From contig CDROCS010002180.1 of the NCBI GenBank assembly GCA_977020255.1, forward strand, positions 434,001 to 498,000: DNA of 64,000 bases, given 5' to 3'. Shown one piece after another: positions 1 through 14,533 of the stretch (the first letter of the stretch is position 1; each line of letters starts with the position of its first letter). The translations under genes were made by a program, and so were the position numbers. This DNA is from Obrimoposthia wandeli. Its lineage: Eukaryota. The notes below the pieces were generated by a model that saw nothing but the letters and a program-made list of their open reading frames with translations, was not told the origin of the DNA and ran no database searches.

Positions 1-120
1 ACTTGTCGATAGAATTAACCACTTTAATAAAAGGTCAATTTGAAATCATATGATAAAAGTGCATAATTCTATATGATTATTATAAAATAACTCTAAATAA
101 TAAAAATTATGACTAAATCT

Positions 121-299
121 TAAATTTTCTTAATCTCAGCATTCCCTTTGCCTTGCAAGTCAAATTAAGCTAAATAATTATAGAATATTAAAAGTTATCC
201 AAAATATTATTAAATTTTCTTAAACTCAGCATTCCCTTTGCCTTGCAAGTCAAATTAAGCTAAATAATTATAGAATATTAAAAGTTATCCAAAATATTA
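121..299. repeat. 90-bp tandem duplication (2 copies)
   Basis: taaattttcttaa(t/a)ctcagcattccctttgcc... starts at 121 and again at 211, near-identical. Confidence 0.9.
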
Positions 300-1699
300 A
301 CAAATTTCAGTACAAATTAATATAAAAATGTACTGATAGACAAATGATTGATCTAGTCACATCTAAAACCATATTTATTGCCAATGTATCAAATTACTAT
401 TTGACTATTACAAAATGACCTATTTGGATAGTATATCTACTGTAGTTTGTTATCTGGTTCATTCTCAGACAAATCGAATGTCAAATTTTAAAATTAATTA
501 TCATTGATAGCCATTTATTATTCTAGTATTGTGGTTTAGAAAATTGGCTTAAATAGTCTCATATATATATATATATATATATTTAAATTTGAAACATGTA
601 CAATTATATTACAATTTCATATTCAAAAAGTAAAATGTAATTATAAAATATTACAACATAAAATACCTTGAAATTTATGTTTATAACAACTCCTAAAAGC
701 ATCACTGAGGTTTATGTTTAATTTTGATAAATAAACCGTCAGAATATATAGTAAATTACATACAAACATTGTAAACTTGAGTATGTGAAAGAATTTATAT
801 ATAGAGTTTTCTGCAGATATTTTTTCCAATAAATGTACTTTAATCTACATCAATGTATCAAAAGTGAAGTGACATTCAATCGATACTTAAAATGCTATTT
901 GATCTTAATTTAATACAACAGCTGATTTCAAAATGAATGTTGTCTTGTCAAAATAAATAAGAATGGTAAAAACAATCGACAATGTATTTTGATTTAAAAT
1001 TCTATAATTCAACTACGTTTAATGGTAAAATTCCAATATATATATTTTTAATTTTAAGGGTTTTCTTGAAATTCCTTTGTATAGATAGATTTTGACTGCT
1101 GTACTTTTTATTTCAACTTTTTTTATTTGCATAATTTTTGGTAATTTAAATGTAATTTTTTGTTTAAATTTCATATAAAACTAGTTTTGAAGTCAACAAT
1201 TGCTTATAATTTTTTGTTGATTACATTTTTATAATGTTTGAAATTGTCAAAACTCTGGTGAAATATAACATCAACTATATAGTTGTCGTTTTTTATAAAG
1301 GGAGCCGCAAAATGTATTAATTGATTAAATCGAAACCAATCTTCATATTTTTAGAGGTATTTGTTGAAATATTGTTGTTTTAAACCGATTTTATTGATCG
1401 AAATTCTGCAAAATCGAGCTGGATGTTTTGAATAAATTATTATTATTAAAGTCTAAATTTAATTATAACTTTATTTATTTATTTGAAATCAGCTTTTAGC
1501 GCAATATAATATTAAATATATTTATTTAAAAAAAAAAATTATTTTGAGGCTCCATTTATAAAAATAGAACAAATATATAATACATGTATAACAAGCTTAT
1601 GTTGGAAAATAATTGGATTCATAAAAATTAAATAATTTGTAGTGCATTCGTAACTTCTATCTTATCTTATCTTTAAGATAGACTATACATTCTTTATCG

Positions 1700-3050
1700 T
1701 ATCTAAAACTGGTGACTTTGCTGACCAATAAATGGTTTAAGTCCAATCATTCGCTTATAATGGTTTAAAACAATACTTCTACGTGGAATTATATTATCAT
1801 TCATATAGAGATAATCTGAAGAAGGATCTTCTATTTTAAATGAAATGCCAGCTACATAATTCTCAAGAAATTGTATTTAGATCTTCAAATTCATGTTTTC
1901 TGAGTTAAATTAATTTATCAATAAATATTATCATCTTATCTCTGGTTATAAAGAAATCAGTTCAACCTGCAAACCAAATCATATCCCATGGGTAAGATAT
2001 TCTCTTCACCTTCCCCTTCTCTTGACAGTAACCGAATTATGATTCTTCCACCTTTACGACAGTTGAACAACTCTTGACCACTGTTCATTTCTTCAGAGAC
2101 AATGTTTCATCCCGAAATCTAAACGGTTCTTCTTTTGAAGATCTGTAAGTTGAGATTTTAGATTTTCTTTAACTATTTTTTCAAACTACCATATTTTATT
2201 TGTCATCTAACGGTTCTGGTTGATGTATAATACAAATTCAAATCTATTTTTAATGTACTAATGTGGATAATTCTATATCTTACAACGGAACGAATTACTT
2301 GTATAATTGGTTCTTTTACTCGATACTTTAGTTCAACCAGATCCTTTATAAAAATTTTAATGAAAATTAATTTATATATAAGGTCTGATGGTCGTTTGTT
2401 TAATTCTGGCTATTTTGCTTATTTCAAATTTATTGAATATAAAATCACATAAATATTTAACACTTATCAAATAGATATTATTTTTTATAGAATTAATTAC
2501 ATATAAATTTTTATCAATAATAATAATCGCTAGTATTTAAGTTAATTGATTAGTATTTGAATATCAACTAATTTAAAAGACTCTCAATTGAAATTAATGA
2601 TATTTTGTCTACCACTGTAATACGTTTGATAATGAAATTTTTGGATATGTTCATTATTATGTGAGACACGATATGTTGAATTTTGAGCGAAAAGCAGCCA
2701 AACAAACAATAAATTCAGACGAAAAAAAGAATTTTCGTCAATAATAAGTCCAGCAATGGATTTTACAGCGATGATCCCAAAGCCAATTGTTGATAAAAGA
2801 CGCCAAAACAAAAGCTGTTATTTTATCTAGATATGATGATAGTGTATATAAACTCGGAATCTCAAATGGCATTATGAAGCAGCTTCATAATCGTAACCAA
2901 TCCATTCTTTATGAATAACTCTTTATATAACTTTTCGTGAAGTGTAAAAGCAAATTCCGGATGCATTAAATGACTGTGAAACTGATTGCAAAATAAATAT
3001 TTTCCGATGACAAAAAGGAACTGAGACGTGCTAGAAGTAATTGTACTAAT
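1700..3050 (-). mobile_element. possible highly decayed Gypsy-like pol remnants
   Basis: Minus-strand fragments loosely resembling RT (FIMPFEIP) and integrase Zn-finger (VVKSCSTVVK..YCQEK); many stops. Confidence 0.25.
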
Positions 3051-4521
3051 AAATAATACATTATTATATATTAAATTATTTGATGTTTAATTTATTATTT
3101 TCATGTTAGTTTTGAAGTTTATTTTATTATATTTCAATGCAGAAACAGTCACATCAAAATGGTTATTGTTTCAGGAAATTATTATAATAAACATTATTAT
3201 ACGTATTTCCAGAATTTTTCTGATTCCTGTAAAATACATATTGAGATTAGAGTTGTACACTTCTTAGGGAAGCCTCTAACTTAAGGTGGTAGAGCTTACA
3301 GAGGAGCCTGCCCAGATTAATTTATTTAGAGGGGTGTAAAACGATCGGCTTTGAAATGGATATCAAAACTCGACAAATCAAAATCAACAATTTATTAAGA
3401 TTTTTCGTAACGAAAAATGACTTAATTGGATTAACATATCGATTATAAACTTTATCATATTTACATAAATAACAAAAGTATACTTTCACTTTTGTTTCAC
3501 ATATACTAACTGTCCGTCCTCGGGATCACACCTGATCACTTGGTCGATTAACACAGGTGAAACTTTATTTAATTGAGACTACAACCAAAGAATAAATTTT
3601 AATTTTAATAAATTTAAAGAATAAATTTGATATCGTTTAGAAATGTAACTTCTGTAACTTTTGAGATGATTAAATTACATACGATTTTCCTACTAGGCAA
3701 TATGAGTAGATGTGGGACCTAGGTAAATTCTGGCTCCGCTCTTCATTCGATAGATGACGTCGTAGATAATGTTGTCTAACAATTGCGTTTGAGTCTCTCT
3801 GAGTTTCCTTTTTATATCCAGATGGGTTAGGCTGCTAATTGGTTCTCTTTTTCTGAGACTCTGTGGCTCTAACTATCTTCTGTGATTTTCAGTGGCTATC
3901 ACCTCTAACTGGCGACTAACCTTATTATGACCTTCTATTAATTATGCCTATATTTGGTCATAATTAGTTGGTCTTTAATTATCTTCGTTGCTTATTTTAG
4001 TTTTTAATAGTTTTGTAAATCAATTTAATATATATATATATTTTTTTTTATCTCCATATGTTTTAGGCCACGACTATAAATAATCGCAAATTTATTGAAT
4101 ATTTAATTTTCTTTTCCTTTCCTGTTCCTCTATATTTTTTGCTTACTAACACTGTTCTTCTAGCTTGACGATCATTAACACACGTAGAAAGACCCTTAAG
4201 TATGTACTCTTGAGAAAGTAAACTACTAACGATACAATCATGGTCCTCATGTTTCTTGTTTTTTAATCAAGTTCCCATTTATTTAAGAATTCTCATAATT
4301 GTTGGCGCTTTGTCGATTTGATGAATTTTTATTTTATAAGTCTTTATTTTATTGGGTTTAACATTTTCTAGAGTATTTAGTCTAAACATTGTCACCAAGT
4401 TTAGTTTTAAACCTAAAAATACACCAGCCGGGAATGTTTCTAGGATCTGAACCAACACATATTAAAATGTAAATTACATCTTGAGTAGGAAAATTTATTA
4501 TTTATAATTGTCAAATATCAG

Positions 4522-7500
4522 GAATTGGACGATCATATTTTCTCTTGAGCAGCCTCATGATGACGAGGAAATAATCGTGGGTCAAGCCAATCTTCCGATG
4601 CGGTCAGCACCTCCAATACTCAGCCAGACCGATCGCAGTTTCAGTCTCAGTCTGACCCACAAGGCACCCCCGGTGAGTGACATGCTTAGTGGAAATGCAG
4701 CCTACTTGGAATTGATAATAATATATATCATATTAAAGAAACGCCATACATAGTGTCTATCAAAACTTTAAAGCCACTAATATTTTTCTTTAATTCTATA
4801 CATAAAGCTGATAACATTTCAACAAAATAATTTAATAGAAAACACGTAGAGATTGGTAAATAATACAATTAAAATACCTTATAAAACATTATTTTTGTTT
4901 TATATTAGAATAAATAGCATAATAATGAAAATAAAGCATAACAAATGTTTCAAATCACAGCTATTTCAATTTATATAAGACAAATAAAACATTACAAGAA
5001 ATATATTCATTTTAAAAAGTCAGAACCTTTTTAGACAAAACATTACATAACTTTTACATAAAAAAGGTTTCATAAAGATTTTCAAACGATTATTTTTCCA
5101 GATTGAGCCAATCTTCAGCATTACATCCCTTGGCTCATTGTTATAAATGAATTTCTATTTTCCCGCACAAACTGTTTGAACCAAAGCTCGCTAAATATTC
5201 TCGATTCAATTAATGTCAGGAAGGTTTGCTGGCCAATACAGCAATATTATTCTCAGAAAGCCCCTTTTGTTTCTCTTAAAGTTGTGTGGAGTTGCATTTT
5301 TTGCTGCAAATAATGAAAATCGGGATCATAAAAAGGTAAAAGAACCCGGTTTAATATATCGATATAAATTTCGTATTTATATTGTTTTCAAAGAATACTA
5401 AAACGCCATAAGCATTCTAAGTTATCGCTTTCCAGACCGTGTTTATAGGGTTGAATTTTGAACCATATCGTCCCAATAGAGTAGTCGGTCATCGGCCCAT
5501 CTAGCTTAACACTTTCCGTCAGTAAAATTAATTTTGTTCATTTTATCCTCGTTTAATTGCAGTATACATGTGCAGCATCTAATTCTTTCAATGTTATGTA
5601 CACGAGTCATATTTGGAACGTCTTTGTTCCTCATTTTATCCGTTTATACTCTGTAAATTACATAACTTGAAGTGCTTCTGCCTGAAACTCTCAGTGAATT
5701 TCGCCGCACTGCAATGAAAAAGAAATTTAATTTTAACCTTTTTTCGTATTTAATAATATTTCCCCTGTAATTCTAAGGTTTTATCCAAAAATCCTCATCA
5801 AATAAGTTGCAATAAAAATTTAATTTGTATTTATTATATTCAAACAATATTTCAGGCATAAATGTAACGGATTTAGATACGATAACTTCTAAACATATAT
5901 TTGAGTAATACAATATCAGTTTTTATATGGTTAAAAGTTTTAACAACACTGTATAACAATTTCTAGATAAACTGAATAAGTATATTTCTTGTGCAGAAGA
6001 AGACTTATCAGTCATTCCAGAGTGTCATCTCGCTGGACCAGTTGGTCGACACTGACGAACAAGTGCTAGCTAGCTTCCCAATTATGAGGCGCATCGTTCA
6101 CCACGTCGTTCAGAGCCAAGCCAAGCTTGAGGTGCCACCTGCAGTGAATGGAGATATCGCTAAAAACTCAGCGGATGAAGAGGTGCGTTCATTCGTAGAT
6201 GTAAATAACTTCCAATCGTTCGATATATTAATATTTGTAATTAAAATACTGTGTTTAATTTAATTATCGGGATCATATTTATTTAATTAATAATTTATAA
6301 TTCAGGTGTTTTGTTTTTAATCACTCTATATTCAAATTATGTATTTTTTGCTTAATATAAAGTTTAATTATAATGCACAATAAGGGAATTTAAATATATT
6401 CACTATAATTTCCAATTTATATTCGAATTATTTTCTATTGAAGAAATTAAGCACAAAGTCTTTCTTTTCATGTTGGTTTACACCTTGATTGATAATGTAA
6501 CTTTGAATTGTTGATTTATGATCAAATTTTCACTTTAATTTCAATTTTCTATAGGATTTACATTTTATATTTCTGATTTAGTAGAAATTTTTACAACACT
6601 TGAAGAAAAATCTAATGATATTTTATTTATAAAGAAAACTTTCAAATTCGGATAATTATCTCATCATCTACTTCTTATATTTTTTCCAGTTTTCTCTACA
6701 AATATAAATTTTTTTCTCCCAATTTTAACCTAATTTAACTAATTAAATATATATAAATAATGCTCCTCGAGAAACGATTGAAAATATTTTTGATAATTTC
6801 AAGACATTACATTGCATAGTTAAAAGGAAACTCACAGGCAGCTTTTTGGGTTTTCCCTGTATAATTAGTTTGAAAATTTATAGAGCACATACATGATGTT
6901 TAATTATTCTTTCGTCGCAGGGTAATGACGATAAGGGCCAATCTTTGGTACCAGAGTCTCCACAATCACCCGAGTTCTCTCCAGAGGTTTCTCCTTCCAG
7001 CGACAGTGTAGAGCTCGTGGAGGACTGTCTCAGCGCATTCATCGGTAGTGGCAGGCGCCAAGTCAAGGACGAGTTGGCTCACATCAACAGCAGCCTGGCA
7101 GCTTCGCTTGACCTTGACTCGGTGGGTCTGCTCACGAGTCAGACGGGGCCCATGGCAGTAAGCTGGATCACAGGCTGGCGTCAGGTCCGCCTCGTCGAGG
7201 ACGCATCCACACATGACCGCTTCATCGTTCTCGTGAGTCCTTCCTTTACATGTGGCTTATCTGCGTCACCTCTTATCTCAGATGAATGTAGTAAATGTCT
7301 TGACCAGGCATGGAACTGGTAACTGGTCTGAAAGCCTTACTGGCTGATCAAACGGTAAAACCACACCAATTATGAGATTTTTCATTTAAAAAGTAGAAAA
7401 GTATAATTATAATTTGTTTATTATTTATGATTCATAATTTGTCTCACGAATGTCACCTAATTCTTTGTATTGATTTACAAATTTCCATTTAATAAATAAT

Positions 7501-10500
7501 TATATTTTTAGAAAATTTTTAATTCTTCAAATTATTATTTTTCAATAGTTTCATTATTTTAGCAAAGATGTGTTGGGACCAGAGTTGTTTTTAGTTTTTA
7601 AGGAAGCCTCTGGTGCAAGAGTCACTAAAATACATATGATTTGTGTGAAAGGCTTATCCTGGTTAGTCTCAATTTATCTGAAAGTTATTTGGTATCTTAA
7701 TGCAATCATTCAGCTGGGTTTTAGAATTGTTTCGATTATCCTTCATATGTGGGATGTATCTCCGAAAATTATAAACCAAATGATCAAATAGTGCGAGGGT
7801 AATCCATGTAACAGCAATCAATAAAATTGTGTAGAGTTAACAAATCCTAAAGGGATACTTTCATTTATAAAAATCTAACGCCGTTACAGATCTATGATTT
7901 TATTGTTTTATATCCAAAAATGGAACTTTATGGGTCGACAGTTAAAATTATTTATTCATTTTAGTATTAATTTAAGACAAAAAAGAGTTTTCACAGACAT
8001 CTGACTTACGCGTAGAGAGTCGTCGGCAATCTAAATAATTTTTATCAATTATGCTTCTCAATGTATTTCAAGTTTTAATTTCCTTAATTTATTTTCTTGT
8101 TCACCTGGAAATTGTCGGGAAATCCGTCTTCAAGATTTATCTCGTCTGCTACTTCTCTCACTGAATTCTACGGTATTCTTATTATATGAATTCGATTGTT
8201 CAATGGGTGTTGTTAGTTTTTGGAATTTCCAAATACAATACACGGCAACACTTTTTACTCAGCTTTCTCTCTCTCTGATGTGCTTTTTTATCACCTAATG
8301 ATATGACTGATTTATAGTCATATTAGGTGACCTCACATAATTAATTTCTATTCTTCTCTTTTCAATGTTGTCTTTTGATTTAGTACAGTATTTAAATTTT
8401 TATTGTTATTTGATTTTAATTTTAAGATCCCTAAAATGTCCTTGGCCAGAACTATAAATATCAGCCATTTATTTAATTAAATTAAATTGTCCGTTTCTGA
8501 ACCTTAACAGATGTGCCATGTAAAATAAATGGAAAAAAGTTCTTTTAGAAAATAAACAAAGTCACGAAATTTAGAAATAAACTAGCTTTGTAGTTTCTGC
8601 GAGTCTCCCAAAATATGTTTTAGTAGGATTGTCTTCAATTATTGTTTCTTTGGTTTCAGAACACATTCTAAACGGGATAAAAATACATAATACAAATACT
8701 TTGGTATCGCAAGCATAAACAAAAACAATAATTCCTTTGTAGATAAGCGTTCAGAAACGAAATTTTGCTTTCAATGAGCATGTTTACCTAATTATTTCAA
8801 ATTTGTCAAACTGGAGTTTACATGTGCCGGGTCAGACAGCTTTATGTCTGTGGAGATTCCAGGTCTACCAGATATTACATTACTTATTTATTGTCAGTCC
8901 ATCAGCGCGATAACCTGGATTTATTGATACTCGTTACCAAAGAAACATATCTCAGAGCTAGCGCTAACTGAATATTCGACATTGACTCCAATCCTCAAAA
9001 ATAATATTGATGATGCTATTTTTCTCATCAGATTTTAGGTTGAACTGGTTTATGGAATGATGATTCAATGAACAGATTTTATATGATTTCTCAGTATTTT
9101 GGACAAATGTCTGGTACAAAATACTATGCTGCAACAAATCTTATTATTTGAATAAACTTTGGAATTTTGTTATATTTTATTTTAATTCATTCAGTTTTAT
9201 GTTTTTATTTTTTATGAATTTTATTTTACTTTTGGTAATTTGTCAAAATTAATCTGTTTTCATAATATTCTGTTTTTAATTTTGCTCAGTCAATTTTAAA
9301 CCTCATTCTATCTTTGTATATACAAATGATATGTTCAACAAATTTAATGACTTAAATATATTGCATATTTTATCTATAAAAAATAAATATTCCATCACAA
9401 ATGAAAAAAAGGTCAACAATCCAGTACCGGTCCGAAAATATAGAAAAAAACATAATCAATAGCCGTCATAACAAAATGTGTAGTAGTTTTTGTAAACATT
9501 CCAGATAACAAGTAGGCATTATTACTGCTCACATCTTCATCATTCTGCAGAAGAACTCCTACAGCAAGACATGGGTGTGTTTGTCTAAGCAAAAGTTAAA
9601 GTGCGATAAACGGTGGCTCTGTTTCCCGTTGGAGAGTGTGAACACCCTCGCAAACGAGCTTCAGTTGGTGGCAGGGAAGCCGACCTCCACCGAAGATGAC
9701 AAACTGGTTGTGGAAGAAGTAAATCTCGAAGAAGAGACCAACAGAAAAGTGTACCGAAAGATGCTGAGACTCATCGTGATGATGGCAGTCAACAAACTCT
9801 ACGAAAACGATAGATCCCCGGACAATATCGATCCTACCAATGTGCTACTGATTGCTTCAAGGTCAGCCTTAACTTTTGTATGTAACATTTAATTTTGATA
9901 AAAAATGCTGTGAAAATGTTCTTTCATTAAATAATGAATCTAACACAGTATTTTTTCCCTTTCAATGTTACTTTTAAAATTTAAAAAAATATTTTAAAAA
10001 AAGTTGATCAGACTAGAAAATATTTTTAATTACAGTTTATTTTCAATAGAAGCCGCAGTATTGATATTCGTAAAGTAATATAAAGACACTTTGAGGAAAA
10101 TGTAAGTGCGTCCCTAACCAGAAATTCGACCTTTTTGTCAAGGTTGTGTATTTTGTTGGTAAAATAGTGAAATATGCTGTTGTACTATTGTTAAAAGGTC
10201 CCTCTTCCGTTTCTTTATTGCAATAAAATGTAACATTGAGTCATGGTCGCAGAAGCATCAATTACCAACACATTAATAATTTATTGAAAGTGTTGAGTTT
10301 CTGGAAAATGTGTATGTTCATAAGAACAAAAATAAACCGTATTTTTATTAGATTGATCAAAATTTCCTGGGCAGCGTGAGTATGTGTTTAATTCGGCCAA
10401 GACTTTTGATTGTTTCGACCCAGATTGATTTCGATCCAGTTAAATTAGGATTTTGTAAAGCTGATTGTTTTATATGGAGGTTGAAATTCAACCTTCCCGA

Positions 10501-11898
10501 TTAATACTCGTACCATCTTTCAGAAAGGTTGTATCGCACACAGATCGAACACACAACACAAATTTGTAGAAAATATTTCTGATAAATTGTACACAACTCC
10601 ACACGTAGCATAAAACCAACTTCAACTCTTATTGACACTACGTAGGCCACAACGATCACGAAAACCTACTTTTATAGATCTCACGAAGATTCTAAAGACG
10701 GTTTATAAAAAATTCCACAAGAAAAAAAAATAAAACACATTGAAAGCCACAAAATTATGATTGATTTGAGGCATGTGATATTTTCATAACATTATTTGAA
10801 TCCCATTATGAACAAAAATTAAATTATTGAGTTAATAATTAATGAAAATATGGTTTTTTAGAATAATTATTTAATACCAATAACTTAATTCAGACTATCC
10901 ACATGTGGGAATACATTTTATATCAATGAACATAGAGTTATTTAGAAAAAGGTTGATTTTGATAATTAATACAAAACATTTGAAGTTTTAACAAGTTTAT
11001 AATTTTTAAATGGAACATCGAATCTTTATAAAATAAGTATCATTTTAAAAGATAAATTTAACTGTCAATGAACATTTTGTCAAGCCTAGCCTTAGGATCT
11101 TTAAGATACTATATTTAGATATGCAAAAAATTATCATTTTAACGAGCACATATACCTACATTTTGGAACCTTTACTGAAGCCAAACATTTGAAGCTCAAA
11201 CTTTGCTTTTATGATCTAAAATAAATAGGTCGAAAAGATTTGGATTTTAAGGTATATATATATATACTTATTTTGAGTTTATTTTGATTTGGAAATAATT
11301 ACACCCGGTTAAATACACATTATATATATATAGCTCTGTTTTACTCATATGAAAAATAAAATAATTTCTAGTTCGATTAATTTTTACGGTTAGGCTTATT
11401 TAAGTTGATTAAAAACGACGTATTTACTTAGTAAAAGGCTTTTAAATAACAAAATTAAAGAACACAAGGTAGTCACGGTAAAATTTTCTTTGTTACAGGT
11501 TCGGACTAATTGTCGTCTTCCACGAGTGTTTGACAGAGTCGCGCCTGCTCTCCATGGATTTCCTGCGATGCGAGACTGTCGCAGATGTGCCTGTTCAGCT
11601 AGAACGCGCCAAGGTCGCAGTATACCGTTTAGCAGAGCCTCTACTTATTGGTCGACACAACCCGCTCCTCAAGGCCACAGTCTCCAAGCCCCAAGACCAC
11701 AAGAGGGAGGATATAATTACCCTACTAATCGCGTCTACCTGGCCACTTGACTATCTGTTACTTCTACTTGCTGAGTTGATGGAGGACGCCAACTGTCGAG
11801 CAGATGTTGACCACAAGTCCACCAAGAGGGCACTTAATAGTAGCTCTTCCTCCGCTTCCGAGCAAGGACAAAATGATGATGACGACGACGACGATTAA
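4522..11898 (+). CDS. Host gene 1, last five coding exons: 4522-4672, 5997-6182, 6921-7232, 9551-9861, 11499-11898; product unidentified, ends in poly-Ser/poly-Asp tail
   Basis: GC-rich islands bounded by AG/GT sites; splice phases (2/0, 0/0, 0/0, 0/2, 2/stop) join into one open frame ending TAA at 11898; upstream exons not found. Confidence 0.85.
5050..5750 (-). mobile_element. degenerate Tc1/mariner transposase fragment in intron
   Basis: Minus strand reads NFTDGKC/KLDGPMTDY, resembling the Tc1 FTDEKKFNLDGPDG catalytic region; broken by stops. Confidence 0.4.
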
Positions 11899-13569
11899 TA
11901 ATGACTATGACTTTAGCTCTTTGTGACTATCTTTGAATTTTCTGATCGTTTTTTTTATCAGAATTATCCTTAATTTCACTATCTTTAGGTGAATTTTCTA
12001 ATTTACTTGTTCTTTTCTGATGATTTTGAATTGACCTTATTTGAATTTTTGACTAAACAGAACAATATCCAAACCACAGACTTTCTTAATCGACAAAAAA
12101 GTTTTTTTTATAATTTAAATACTATATTATGACAGTTAACGATTCAACCAAATTATTACATTTTTAATAAATTGTTTAATTCTTAATTAATTATTAGATA
12201 TAATTTTTTTTAGAAAATCTATGAAAACACTGTTAATGAAAATAATACTTGAATTAGTTTTGTTTGTTTAATTTATAAACAAGGTCAACATTTCCAAATG
12301 ATTTACCGCGTATGCATATTTGATCAACGTTTATCATATCAGATAGTCTGTGGTTGATATAAATTTCACGTTACAAATTCAAAGTTCTACTATTAAATAT
12401 CAATTAAAATGTACTTTTATCACAAATCATCACAGTATTTTTTACATTTATTGTTACACTTTGGATGATTTTTTGGTAATTATTAGAAAGTATTTGTGAA
12501 AATTTATAATTTATAATTTTGAGCCTAAAGAGATTAATGAATGTTTTTTTAGTTACTTTTCATATTTGTTGTAAGAACTTTCATAGAGATTATTGAGCTG
12601 AATAACTTTATTCTCAACTGTGATTATGGAATTTTCATCTTTTATAATAAGTTTTTATAACATTATTTATTTTGGTGCGTTGAATCATCTTAAATTTTTT
12701 CTAATTTACTTAAATTATTTATTAATGTAGTTTTTATACCGTACTTGAAACATCTATCACCAGGTGAATGTGAAAGATTTGATTTATATACATTATTGGT
12801 CTTTGGTTTTGTTTAAAATATTTTCATGTAGTTTTGATTGCACTTCATATTTGTAATATTAGAGATACAAGTGAGTTATTTAATATATACATATATAAAC
12901 AGAAAAGAAAACTGCGAAGTGATTTACGATAAATTATTCAATTTTAAATCATTATTTTTTGTTTCATGTAAATTAAAATATAAATTTTGTAGCAGTTAAT
13001 TTCATTTGATATTTTCTATCAGATATTAATCAAAGAAAGACTGGGTCACTTCAAAACATTTATATTAATATTTTTCAAGTATATCAGTTTTATTTTGACA
13101 CGCGGTAATGTATTATCTCTATTAAATAACACGTCTTAGTTTACTGTATATAATATCTCCATCCGTAACTAATACTAATATTTTTCAGTTTTCTGGTTTC
13201 GTTCAATGAACACATTTGCACCACGCATCATTAACGAACCTCAACCAGTTTTATACCGATGAATTCTTGATATTTAATACCCCCTACATATCACGAGTCA
13301 AAAAATAATATATTAATAAAGAGTTATTTAAAAAACGTTGAGTTTCTTAATTAAATTATTGATTAATTAACTTTCAAAGTCGAATAAATTTTGATAGGAA
13401 CATCCAATAGAAATAAGCAAAACATAAATTTGATGTTGTAAAATTTTCGAGTTGATGAATATCGCTTTTGTGAATATAACACATTTGAGTACAAATTGCT
13501 TATATTATAGAATGCTATTAAAGCGAGAAATGGTACGATGAAATTGTTGGGGCTTTTATATGAACTTTT

Positions 13570-13900
13570 TGTAACATAGATCCTCAGACGGAGGGCCCCA
13601 ACGTGAGTTCTATAGAAGCAGGACTTGTAAATGTTTGTGGCCTACTTGTGTTATGCTTGCCTATCTCAATTTGTATCTGAAGTTTATTTATGGTTAGGTG
13701 TTGTGAAATGTGTGAAGAGCTGTGTATATGAATATTGCAGAATTCCCTTAGTGTGGTGTTGTGTGTAGAGTAGTTAACAACTACTTGCTTGTAAGGGTTC
13801 GGTTTGGTACAATACGGTTTAATGTAGGATATCTTTATTTCTAAACACACGACTTTACGTTTTGACCTGTTCTAAAAACAGCAATACTAATTCTAGTTAT
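13570..13900 (+). mobile_element. 5' part of a putative LTR interrupted by the Polinton (continues 29165-29182)
   Basis: Starts TGTAAC at 13570; beyond the Polinton the sequence resumes and ends CTAACA followed by AG-TGG (PBS-like). Confidence 0.5.
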
Positions 13901-14478
13901 AAGTGTAAAGTGTCGGTTCTAAAACAATAGCACACAAAGCCCTCCCCCTCCCCGAACAAGGAACGAGGAACAAAGCACATCTGGAATTCGCTTAGTCATG
14001 CAGATGTGCTTTGTTCCTCGTTCCTTGTTCGGGGGTGAGGGCTTTGTGTGCTATTGTCTTTGAACCGACACTTTACGTTTTCAATCCTGATTGGTCTTAT
14101 GTGTCATTTACAATTATGTAGGTTAATATTCTGTAACATTAAGTATATAGTTCAAAAATTTAAAAATTTAAAAAATTTTAATTCAAAATTAAAAAATTAA
14201 ATATGGAAATTAAAAAATTAAATATGGAAATTAAAAAATTAAATATGGAAATTAAAAAATTAAAATTTTAATTCAAAAATTAAATATGAAAATTAAAACA
14301 TTAAAATTTTAAAAATAACATTTTGAAATTAAACACAATTGACCGTCCCAAATTTTTATTTGCAACTATTTAATTTACTTAGTACGGCAACCTCATTCCA
14401 GGAGTTAGACTGCCCCGCATAACCGGACAGCTATCGCAGTTTTTATCTTAAGAAACGTTATTGTTTATAGTAGGAGTT
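13901..14478 (+). repeat. left TIR of Polinton, with terminal hairpin 13905-14076 and A-rich tandem array ~14150-14320
   Basis: Reverse complement of ~28562-29154 with scattered mismatches; lacks the terminal AGAG. Confidence 0.92.
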
Positions 14479-14533
14479 TATATTTATATAATGAAGAAAG
14501 CAAAGTAACATCGATAAATATATATTAGTACAA

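Noticed and set aside
3335-8470. Possible related LTR-like repeats at ~3335-4090 and ~7870-8470
   Set aside because: Similar style but no alignable identity, TSD or terminal motifs that I could verify.
12270-12900. TATAAACA occurrences in host flanks (e.g. ~12275, ~12894, also 35352, 35428, 56135)
   Set aside because: Scattered at background frequency with no fixed spacing to starts; they serve as a control for the Polinton motif.
13584-13850. 88-aa minus-strand ORF beside the Polinton
   Set aside because: Outside the TSD, within putative LTR sequence, with no protein motif.
13851-13890. Weak resemblance to TIR sequence just outside the left end
   Set aside because: Short, gapped, AT-rich match; the TSD and hairpin define the boundary at 13901.
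13984-14000. Flip/flop isomers of the terminal hairpin loop (parvovirus-like)
   Set aside because: The right loop (29063-29079) is the reverse complement of the left (one mismatch), as expected for an ordinary TIR; no inversion is seen.
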